NCBI GenBank assembly: GCA_027343695.1
Contig: DAHWKJ010000078.1
Coordinates: 8,290 to 72,289 of the forward strand
Length of the DNA stretch: 64,000 bases
Reading direction: 5' to 3'
DNA from: Sulfobacillus sp.
GTDB taxonomy: Bacteria; Bacillota; Sulfobacillia; Sulfobacillales; Sulfobacillaceae
Numbering within the stretch: position 1 is the first letter of the stretch; the number at the start of each line of letters is the position of its first letter. Shown piece after piece: positions 57,151 to 64,000 of this stretch. The position numbers and the translations under genes are program-made. Below the pieces are notes generated by a model. The model worked only from the letters and a program-made list of their open reading frames with translations, ran no database searches and was not told the DNA's origin.

Positions 57151-58445
57151 TATTGCTGTGCCCAAATTTGTCCTAAATTAATAAATATAAAGTGGCTCGC
57201 TCCAAGTTTCTCGAACAGTGCGGTAAAGTTTTTTGGAATCGCGGCTCCCGTAACCACCACAATGCCTTGGGGATGAGTGGTTAAGACGTGTGATAGGCTC
57301 GGGGAGGACTTTGTGAGCACGACCGACGGTGACATGGGAATGAACCCTTTGGCTGTAGTGGTCGCAATGACTTTAGAGGAGGGTGTAAAAGCCCCAATCA
57401 AAAAGCCCGGCACGGTACCTAGAACGTCTCGAAAGGCCTGACTTGCCCAGGTCAGTTCTTGAGTCACCGCGGATTGAGGCAAGCTTGCCAAGGAGGTACC
57501 AGAGTATCCACTCACATCCACTTCGTCACCGAGATGGGAGAGCGTCTTCACCAGCGGGGCGTGAAGTAGCGCCCACTGTCCGGTCATCGAAATATCTGGC
57601 GTCGGAATGGGTTTCCCGGCTTCTTCCTGGGCTCGAATTAAGTCTTCGACTTGGGTGACCGAGGGATTTAAAATGACGAGCGCAGCGACCGGCCGAATGT
57701 TACTCAGAGCTCCGGTCGAAATCGACGCCGACGTGGGTGATGCCGCGGGCGGCTCACTGGGGGTTGTTGCTTTGGTGGAAGACGTCGTGATCGGAGGCGG
57801 CGAACCATACCATTTCACCACCTGATTAACCCATAGCACTCCATTATGTTCAGGATTAAGGGCTTCTAACCGAGATAGCGAAACACCAATACTTAATGCG
57901 ATTTGCGATAGGGAATCTCCTGGTTGGGCATGATACCTCCAGTGATTATCATATGCGAGCCGGATGGTTTCCAAATGCATCATGGTGCGGAGATCTGCTC
58001 CGGTGAAATGCTTCGTGGAGGCGCCGATTTTTGCTGAGAACACGGCTAGAGCTTTTTTTGTAGCCGCGTTCATCCGTCCGGAAAGTGGACCGCTATAGAG
58101 GTGCCACCGTTTTAACCACACTTGTGTATTGAGGGCCAATGCGGCGTTCCAAGTGGCGGGCGATGACGTCGTTTGTTGAAATCGTTGCTGGGCTTGGATG
58201 ACAATCGAATGCTTGGATGACAGGCCATACTGAGTGGCAAACGAAGCGGCGGCCATTAACGTTTGGGGATCCATCCGCCCGGTGACGGGGCCGGGATCGT
58301 AACCGAGGCCAAGTAACGAGGTCTGAAAATCGGCCACAGAAATGCCGGGCGCCGTTGCCGTCAAGACGGGATCGGCCGGAGCCCCATGGCTTATCAGGGC
58401 GAGAGATAAGATGGCGGCAAGCAGGTTGGCGGTACTATATCCCAT
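57150..58445 (-). CDS. Secreted peptidoglycan-binding protein (2x PG_binding_1 + LysM + divergent C-terminal domain)
   Basis: The start is reset to ATG 58445 (MGYSTANLLAAILSLALIS, a signal peptide) behind GGAGG. It has 'LLGLGYDPGPVTGRMD' and 'WHLYSGPLSGRMN' repeats and a LysM block 'HAQPGDSLSQIALSIGVSLSRLEALNP'. Confidence 0.75.
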   Translation of the reverse strand: MGYSTANLLAAILSLALISHGAPADPVLTATAPGISVADFQTSLLGLGYDPGPVTGRMDPQTLMAAASFATQYGLSSKHSIVIQAQQRFQQTTSSPATWNAALALNTQVWLKRWHLYSGPLSGRMNAATKKALAVFSAKIGASTKHFTGADLRTMMHLETIRLAYDNHWRYHAQPGDSLSQIALSIGVSLSRLEALNPEHNGVLWVNQVVKWYGSPPPITTSSTKATTPSEPPAASPTSASISTGALSNIRPVAALVILNPSVTQVEDLIRAQEEAGKPIPTPDISMTGQWALLHAPLVKTLSHLGDEVDVSGYSGTSLASLPQSAVTQELTWASQAFRDVLGTVPGFLIGAFTPSSKVIATTTAKGFIPMSPSVVLTKSSPSLSHVLTTHPQGIVVVTGAAIPKNFTALFEKLGASHFIFINLGQIWAQQ

Positions 58446-58557
58446 TGGATGCAATCCCTCCTCAACAGCAGGATGCACCAAATTATGGTATTTTATGCGC
58501 GCAACCTGGAATCCGGTCTCTCAGGGGTCTAAAAGGGCGCAAGTATCCCCTAGATCC

Positions 58558-58914
58558 CTAATAGGCACTGGCCGCACCGATGACGCCCCCTATAAGACCC
58601 ATCCCCAGCGACACTCCCAATGAAATCCAGAGATCGTGTCCGTTGTAGATATGGACCGTCTCTGCTAACGCAGTCCCGATAAGACTTAACATCAGCGCCG
58701 CTACTGCGCCATGAAACCATCCTGCATGTTCTGAAAGTCTTCCGGTCACAAAACCTGTGGCGAATGTTGTCAATGAGGACGCTAACCAAATCAGCGCCCC
58801 TCCCAACGTGACATTCAATGTAATATGGGTGGCTAACATGGCGAGAATTAATGCCATTAACCCCGCCACCAAGAGCCCTACTGCTACTCCTCGCCAAACG
58901 GCTCCAATTTGCAC
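58558..58914 (-). CDS. TIGR04086/YrzE-like small membrane protein
   Basis: About 118 aa with four hydrophobic helices: 'GVAVGLLVAGLMALILAML...GWFHGAVAALMLSLIG...GMGLIGGVIGAASAY'. GTG 58914 lies 8 nt after GAGGTG. The track start is TTG 58920. Confidence 0.6.
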   Translation of the reverse strand: MQIGAVWRGVAVGLLVAGLMALILAMLATHITLNVTLGGALIWLASSLTTFATGFVTGRLSEHAGWFHGAVAALMLSLIGTALAETVHIYNGHDLWISLGVSLGMGLIGGVIGAASAY

Positions 58915-58984
58915 TGGCAACGCACCTCGTCCCTTTAGGCTTATCCCCTTTCTTCAAGTTATATCGGGTTCGGACCGAAATATG

Positions 58985-59015
58985 ACACCGGCCCCCAGAA
59001 TGGCAAGGCCGGTGT
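58985..59015 (-). terminator. Hairpin downstream of the second SASP gene
   Basis: 9-bp stem ACACCGGCC/GGCCGGUGU with a 13-nt loop. Only a weak U-tract (CAUAUUU) follows. Confidence 0.4.
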
Positions 59016-59019
59016 TGTT

Positions 59020-59229
59020 CTAATCGTCTTCGGAGAGGGCTTGTTCGCCACGTTTGATGAGACGTTTTACCATCGTGCCCCCGATTTTACCAACTTGCCG
59101 GGTGGTCATGTTAGCCCAACCCTTTTGGTCGATATCGTCGTCTAAGCCGAGGTCTTCCGCTACTTCGAATTTAAGCCGATCCAATGCCTTTTCGGCGTTG
59201 GGTAGTAACGGTCGCTGTCGGTCACCCAT
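59020..59229 (-). CDS. Alpha/beta-type small acid-soluble spore protein
   Basis: Contains 'LDRLKFEVAEDLGLDDDIDQKGWANMTTRQVGKIGGTMVKRLI'. ATG 59229 lies 6 nt after GGGGGGAGGTG. The track start is GTG 59238. Confidence 0.88.
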   Translation of the reverse strand: MGDRQRPLLPNAEKALDRLKFEVAEDLGLDDDIDQKGWANMTTRQVGKIGGTMVKRLIKRGEQALSEDD

Positions 59230-59251
59230 GGGTGCCACCTCCCCCCGGGCC

Positions 59252-59281
59252 TAGGTTGTCCATTTCGAAAGGACGTCATTC
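59252..59281 (-). promoter_or_regulatory. Sigma-G-like forespore promoter for the second SASP gene
   Basis: On the minus strand: GAATG (fits GHATR), 18-nt spacer, CAACCTA (6/7 match to CATXHTA). It lies about 22 nt upstream of ATG 59229. Confidence 0.45.
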
Positions 59282-59314
59282 GAATCTGCAGTCGATCAGA
59301 ATTGTTTCGTCATT

Positions 59315-60076
59315 TCATACAAAGCTAGGTGGTAGGTCAATCCGTTCCATTGCCGAAAATCCTGCCGCGACCACGTCCATATCGAGTGCGGTCAAAGTAA
59401 TGAGGCCGCCAGAAAGTGCACCAACATCCGTATGGGGATCGCGAATGTCATCGAAGGGTTTCCCTGCCAACCAGTAATATTCCTTGCCCCGCGGGTCTGT
59501 GCGCCGATGGAAATCGTTGTTATACTCGCGCCTGCCCAGGGGCACTCGTATCATGGTCGACGGAATCCCACCCGAAAGATTGGGGAAATTTACGTTAAAG
59601 AGTATGCCAGGGGGCGGCCCGACAAAGTGCTCACTTTGGATCCACCAGGCTACAAAGTCCGCGGCCCATTTGAGACCTGTTGCGTCATTCCCATTGTAAG
59701 ACAGTGCAATCGACGGCACCCCAAGAAACATGCCTTCCATGGCGGCGGAGACGGTACCGGAGTAAAATACGTCGCGTCCCAGGTTAGCACCGTGGTTGAT
59801 GCCCGAGAGGAGAAGATCGGGAGGTTCCACCAGCAACGCTTCCAGCGCGAGTTTGGCGCAGTCGGCGGGAGTTCCGTTAACCGACCACCCTGTCGCTCGG
59901 TCATAATCCATTTCTCGGGCGTGCAAGGGTTTATGCATCGTGATAGCGTGGCTCATCGCGCTTTGTTCTTTTTCCGGGGCCACTACGAGGACCTCGTGGT
60001 TGACCTGCAAGGCTCGCCTGAGTGCACCAATCCCCGCGGCATGAATTCCATCATCGTTGGTGAGTAAGATTCGCAT
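59315..60076 (-). CDS. surE: 5'/3'-nucleotidase SurE
   Basis: The start is reset to ATG 60076 (MRILLTNDDGIHAAGI...) behind GGGAGG. 'GINHGANLG' is also present. Confidence 0.93.
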   Translation of the reverse strand: MRILLTNDDGIHAAGIGALRRALQVNHEVLVVAPEKEQSAMSHAITMHKPLHAREMDYDRATGWSVNGTPADCAKLALEALLVEPPDLLLSGINHGANLGRDVFYSGTVSAAMEGMFLGVPSIALSYNGNDATGLKWAADFVAWWIQSEHFVGPPPGILFNVNFPNLSGGIPSTMIRVPLGRREYNNDFHRRTDPRGKEYYWLAGKPFDDIRDPHTDVGALSGGLITLTALDMDVVAAGFSAMERIDLPPSFV

Positions 60077-60077
60077 G

Positions 60078-62792
60078 TTAACCTCCCAAGCTCGATTGCG
60101 AGCCAAATTGCTTAATGACTTCTAGAATATCCGACTTCGGCAATCTCGCAATAGCTGGGTTGGGAAGTGCCGCAATAAATTGTCGTCCATAGCGGGTCCG
60201 TTCGGGAAGGATCCGTCCGTCCAGGACCGCGACCAATCCCTGGTCATGGTGCGTCCGGAGGAGCCGGCCGAACCCTTGTTGGAATCGTAAAATCGCCTGA
60301 GGTAAGCCATGTTGATAAAACGCGGATCGGCCCTGCGCTTCAATCCGTTCGCGTCGTGCTTCCTCCAAGGGGTCCGTTGGGTTGGCAAAAGGGAGGCGAA
60401 CTACCACCACCAGGGATAACGCAGAGCCAGGGATGTCGACCCCTTCCCAGAGACTAGCACTACCGAGCAAGACAGCTTTGGTAGCCTGACGAAATTGTTC
60501 GACAACCCGAGGGCCGGTGCCATCGACCCCTTGTGCTAGGACTTGTATTCCAAGATTACCTAACCGCTCACGAATTACCTCGTTGATATCGCGGAGCATT
60601 TGATTAGCCGTGAATAAGACGAGGGTCTTCCCCCCGAGTCTTATGGCCGCTTCTATACAAAAATCGCCGACGTTGGAGACAAATGCCGGGTCGTTGACCG
60701 GCGGCAGGTCGGTGGGCAACAACAGTTTCGCCCGATGCGGCACATCGAACGGTGTTGGAAGTGCCAGTGTCGCCAAGCGGTCTTCAGGGATCCCAAGACG
60801 CGTTTGATAATAGCGAAAATCTCCCCGGATACTCAGCGTCGCCGAGGTGAGCACCGCCGTCTGAAGCGAATCCCAGAGGGTATTTTTGAGAAATGTTGCG
60901 ACGTCAATCGGGGCCCGACGAAGACGCATCGAGGGCGAAGTGCCGGCGCGTGATACCTCCCACCACGACACCCAATCCGTTTCTGGTACCCCCCAAAACC
61001 CTATTTGGTTAGCGAGTTGGAGTAAGTCTTCGGTCCATTTACCATATCGTAACCAGACCACATCCTCCTGAACCATATCCCCGAAAAGGGCCTCGGCTTG
61101 TGCCATGAGGTCGTGAGCTAATTGGGCTCCCGTCTGAAATATGGCGGCTAGACTGGCCAGCACTTCCCGGATTTCTTGACCCTCCCAATCTTGCCACAGA
61201 ATCTTGGTAACCCGTCTTGAAGAGGCTCGAGTGTTAGACCCGGCAAGTTGCACCGTAAGAATCCCGTTAAGTTGCCATAGGAGCGTGATGCTGATGCGCA
61301 TTTGATGGCGCAGCGCTTCGACTCCCGGCAGCAGGTCGGGATGTTGCGGCAATCGCTGGAAGATTCCGTGGCGGCCCTGGTCGGCCTCTTCAAATTGCTG
61401 GACGAAATCGGCAATGTCCAGACTCATCCCCAGCGTTTGTTCGACCACATCGGCAAAATGATGAGCTTCGTCGACCACGAGATGGTCAAATGGCGGCAGC
61501 ACTCCACCCTGTTGTAGATGGGTGGCCAATAAGGCGTGGTTGATGACCACGACGTGGCTCGTTTCTGCAAGGCGTTTGCTCTGCCGCAGATAGCACGGTC
61601 CGGCAAACGGGCAACGAGCCCCCGCGCACGCGTGACGTTCAGCGACAACGTCTTGCCAGCGCTTGCGGGCTGCATCAGTCCGCGGGTTAAAGGCATCAAT
61701 GTCACCGCTGTAGGACCAGACGGCAAAGCTTAGGAGGGCAGCCACTGCCAAACGGTCCTCGCGTGAACTGTTAAGAGCGGTCACATCATGGCGCACCTCG
61801 TCAAGCTTTAGAAGACAGAGGTATCGTCCGCGACCCTTTAACACGGCGGTGTGTAACGGGGTGTTGTCCGCTACCATCGGGAGATCTTTAGTCCATAACT
61901 GTTCTTGTAACGCTAACGTATGGGTTGCAACGAGAACCCGCGCCCCCCGGCGACCGGCCTCTAATACCATCGGCGTAAGATAGGCCACGCTCTTACCGGT
62001 CCCGGTGCCCGCCTCGACCATGAGGATGGATTCTTGTTGCATTGCGGTTTCGATGGCATGGACCATTTGCAATTGACTGTCTCGACTCTCGAAACCTGGC
62101 AGGTGTTGGGCGATGGGCCCTGTTGGCCCCAGCCAGCCGACACTGGTTTCTTGATGTGACCAGACCGGTAACACGTCGCCCATATTGGATTCGCGCTCCG
62201 GCTGATCTAACCGGGAGGTCAAGCTTTGAGTCGAATTTGGAAGCTGCCACCACTCCCACTCGGGTCCCAAGAGAAATGCTAAGTCGGATCGGACCGAAGG
62301 GGGCAAATCCGTTAATCGGTGACGGATTAAAAAGACGAGATCACGTGTGGCTTCGACGTCAAACCGGGCGTCATGAAAAGCGTTCGTCGGGGCACTCGTC
62401 ACTAGTTCGCTTAGGCGATGACTAGGTTCTAGGGGCAGTGCTATTCGAGCCCACTCCAGGGTGTCAATGGTGGGGTTCAGGACAATACCACCCCGTTCTA
62501 AAAACATGCGATCAAAGCCTACGTTATGCCCCACAACGGGAAGGGGGCCGATAAATTGGACAATCTCTTGAGCGACATTGTCCAGTGTTGGGCATTGGGA
62601 AAAATCGACGTCGCGAAGGCCCGTCAAGATGAGGATCGGATCGGGGATCTCGCGACCCGGATTGACGAAAAAGTTCATCGCCTCTTCCCCACTAGGAAGC
62701 CACTTCAAGAGAGCGACTTGGATAATGCGATCCTGAGATGGATTGAGTCCAGTGGTCTCGCAGTCAACGACCACAAATCCCTGGTTCATCAT
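60078..62792 (-). CDS. dinG: DinG-family helicase with N-terminal DnaQ-like 3'-5' exonuclease domain
   Basis: Exonuclease block 'FVVVDCETTGLNP', helicase blocks 'EAGTGTGKS' and 'VVDEAHH'. The start is set to ATG 62792, which forms an ATGA overlap with the upstream phosphatase stop. Confidence 0.88.
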   Translation of the reverse strand: MMNQGFVVVDCETTGLNPSQDRIIQVALLKWLPSGEEAMNFFVNPGREIPDPILILTGLRDVDFSQCPTLDNVAQEIVQFIGPLPVVGHNVGFDRMFLERGGIVLNPTIDTLEWARIALPLEPSHRLSELVTSAPTNAFHDARFDVEATRDLVFLIRHRLTDLPPSVRSDLAFLLGPEWEWWQLPNSTQSLTSRLDQPERESNMGDVLPVWSHQETSVGWLGPTGPIAQHLPGFESRDSQLQMVHAIETAMQQESILMVEAGTGTGKSVAYLTPMVLEAGRRGARVLVATHTLALQEQLWTKDLPMVADNTPLHTAVLKGRGRYLCLLKLDEVRHDVTALNSSREDRLAVAALLSFAVWSYSGDIDAFNPRTDAARKRWQDVVAERHACAGARCPFAGPCYLRQSKRLAETSHVVVINHALLATHLQQGGVLPPFDHLVVDEAHHFADVVEQTLGMSLDIADFVQQFEEADQGRHGIFQRLPQHPDLLPGVEALRHQMRISITLLWQLNGILTVQLAGSNTRASSRRVTKILWQDWEGQEIREVLASLAAIFQTGAQLAHDLMAQAEALFGDMVQEDVVWLRYGKWTEDLLQLANQIGFWGVPETDWVSWWEVSRAGTSPSMRLRRAPIDVATFLKNTLWDSLQTAVLTSATLSIRGDFRYYQTRLGIPEDRLATLALPTPFDVPHRAKLLLPTDLPPVNDPAFVSNVGDFCIEAAIRLGGKTLVLFTANQMLRDINEVIRERLGNLGIQVLAQGVDGTGPRVVEQFRQATKAVLLGSASLWEGVDIPGSALSLVVVVRLPFANPTDPLEEARRERIEAQGRSAFYQHGLPQAILRFQQGFGRLLRTHHDQGLVAVLDGRILPERTRYGRQFIAALPNPAIARLPKSDILEVIKQFGSQSSLGG

Positions 62793-63418
62793 GCTTGGGG
62801 TCCCCGATACCATTCGATGGGCACGTTCCAATGCGCGATCTCGGCACGGTCGGTCGAAGTGGTCTTCAGTACTGAAACCGAGAGGTTGCTCACTCGAAAA
62901 TGTTTTCGAAGGGACCCGGGAAGATCGGGAATGAGTGCAAAAAGGAGCGCTCGGATGGTGCCGCCATGTGCGACGGTGACAATGCAGTCGGTTTGTCCCC
63001 AACGAGCCACGCGCTCCTGGTACCATGAGAGCACCCGTTCCCGGGAGTCACGAAATGATTCTCCCCCGGGTGCGCTTACTGTCTCGGTATGGTCAAATTC
63101 ATAAAACCTCTCGCCGTCGGATTGCATAATCAATTCCCGCTTTTTTCCTTCCCAATCACCGAGATGAATCTCTCTTAGCCGGGCGTCGACTGTAATGTGA
63201 TTCTGCCACAACGGGAACAAGCCCTGTGCCGTGGCCTTTGCCCGGCTCAGATCGGATGTATACACCGCGGCGATGCGGTCAGCCCAGTGTTCTACGTAAC
63301 GGGCACTTGTACGAATACGCTCGATGCCCGTAGGGCTAAGCGGTACGTCGGTGTGGCCTTGCCAGCGCCCCTCCAGATTCCATAGGGTCTCTGCGTGACG
63401 CACGAGAATTATTTGCAT
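62789..63418 (-). CDS. Histidine phosphatase family protein (PGM/CobC-like)
   Basis: The start is reset to ATG 63418 (MQIILVRHAETLWNLEGRWQGHTDVPLS...). RHG-type catalytic motif (here RHA) and a later 'VAHGGTIRAL'. Confidence 0.85.
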   Translation of the reverse strand: MQIILVRHAETLWNLEGRWQGHTDVPLSPTGIERIRTSARYVEHWADRIAAVYTSDLSRAKATAQGLFPLWQNHITVDARLREIHLGDWEGKKRELIMQSDGERFYEFDHTETVSAPGGESFRDSRERVLSWYQERVARWGQTDCIVTVAHGGTIRALLFALIPDLPGSLRKHFRVSNLSVSVLKTTSTDRAEIAHWNVPIEWYRGPQA

Positions 63419-63500
63419 GGTGTCCGCCTTTATCTTTTTATGTATGAAACCGATAGCGTGGGACATCTTAACCATAATTCGCAACCCGAGGGGGTCTCCC

Positions 63501-63833
63501 ATGCCCAACGACAAAAATCTCTTAGCTCGCTTCACTTTATTAGAAAACGCCCAAGCCTGTCGCGCCGCATTAAGAGACAAGGGGTTTCACATTGTGCAGA
63601 TAGATAATATTCCATCGCTGGGCAGCTCGCAATTGCAGAACCAAACCCCCCTGGTGGAATGGGGCCGTTATGGGTATGAATTTGACCGATTGGATGACAA
63701 ATGGACGGCTCCGTCGTCGTGGGGCAATCAGGACCTGATTGACGCAGAGGACTGGTTACTGACCGCTGTGGTGCCCTTAGACAGGGCGGGCGAAGTCGCC
63801 GAGACTATCCGAACCCACGGTGGACAGCTTTAA
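63501..63833 (+). CDS. Hypothetical protein (110 aa)
   Basis: ATG 63501 lies 6 nt after GAGGGGG. The product 'MPNDKNLLARFTLLENAQACRAALRDKGFHIVQID...' matches no family I recognise. Confidence 0.5.
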   Translation: MPNDKNLLARFTLLENAQACRAALRDKGFHIVQIDNIPSLGSSQLQNQTPLVEWGRYGYEFDRLDDKWTAPSSWGNQDLIDAEDWLLTAVVPLDRAGEVAETIRTHGGQL

Positions 63834-63871
63834 GATGTGACGTAAATTGGGTTGGAGTAAAGCCCCTCTAA

Positions 63872-64000
63872 GAGGACACCCACCAATGGTATAAGCAACG
63901 ACATACCGCACAACGGGTCTTCGACCGTTTAGGGGAAGAATTCCCCCACCGGGATGTCTCGTATCGCACGATCCGGCGCTATGTGAAAAGCCGGCGCCAA
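63872..64000 (+). mobile_element. IS21-family (IstA-like) transposase fragment, 5'-truncated, runs off window
   Basis: My translation is EDTHQWYKQRHTAQRVFDRLGEEFPHRDVSYRTIRRYVKSRRQ. The 'KQRHTAxRxFxRL...RRYV' block is as I recall it from IstA, after the N-terminal HTH. An in-frame TAA lies at 63869-63871 and there is no start codon before the block. Confidence 0.4.

Noticed and set aside
59432-60067. A 211-aa + strand ORF antisense to surE.
   Set aside because: surE is unambiguous on the minus strand. The antisense product is Arg/Gly/Val-rich with no motif or SD.
62526-63104. A 192-aa + strand ORF antisense to the dinG N-terminus and the histidine phosphatase.
   Set aside because: It spans the junction of two well-supported minus-strand genes and has no recognisable domain. 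It is probably spurious.
1-64000. CRISPR arrays, tRNA or rRNA genes, prophage modules, and toxin-antitoxin or defence operons (RM, Abi, CBASS, retron and similar).
   Set aside because: I saw no direct-repeat/spacer arrays and no tRNA-like T-arm with acceptor pairing in the few intergenic gaps. Every multi-gene cluster is accounted for by housekeeping or sporulation functions. This is eye-scanning only, so tRNAscan-SE, CRISPR-detection software and DefenseFinder should confirm it.

Overview
This 64-kb window is almost fully coding, and about 60 of 64 CDS lie on the minus strand. It reads as a conserved core-chromosome segment of an endospore-forming Firmicute; any finer lineage call would be inference only. 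In minus-strand transcription order it contains: a histidine phosphatase, dinG, surE; two alpha/beta-type SASP genes flanking a LysM wall protein and a TIGR04086 membrane protein; a ypmA-like gene, a Nudix hydrolase, hflX and miaB. It then holds a long block colinear with the B. subtilis rpsB-to-spoIIIE region: rpsB-tsf, pyrH-frr-uppS-cdsA, dxr-rseP-ispG-proS, polC, nusA-ylxR-ylxQ-infB-rbfA-nrnA-truB-ribF, rpsO-pnp, ylxY-like deacetylase, M16 peptidase, ymxH, dpaAB-asd-dapG-dapA, rnj, tepA-ylzJ, uppP, ftsK. The left end carries yhbH-spoVR-prkA. Lineage-specific genes are inserted at several junctions: an AI-2E transporter, a GT2 glycosyltransferase, an MFS transporter in the rimP slot, nfo plus a GH15 hydrolase, a dimeric-dUTPase-like gene, a YflT-like stress protein, a DapL-like aminotransferase and ytrHI. 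I saw no tRNA, rRNA, CRISPR array, prophage or recognisable defence or toxin system, so I cannot support a new multi-gene system here. The items most worth a second look are listed below.
- Two long, ORF-poor, hairpin-rich intervals (51465-52056 and 54438-54812) may be unassigned structured RNAs.
- The ylxQ reading frame has no stop and runs about 700 nt into infB in another frame.
- rimP is absent from its usual position.
- There are candidate leader and attenuator structures for nusA, rpsB, rnj and rpsO.
- A 5'-truncated IS21-like transposase fragment lies at the right edge.
Many ORF-track starts are over-extended, because the track renders GTG/TTG as M. I re-set starts where an SD sequence, an ATGA overlap or a promoter position argued for it. 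Coordinates of small motifs were counted by eye and may be off by 1-2 nt.
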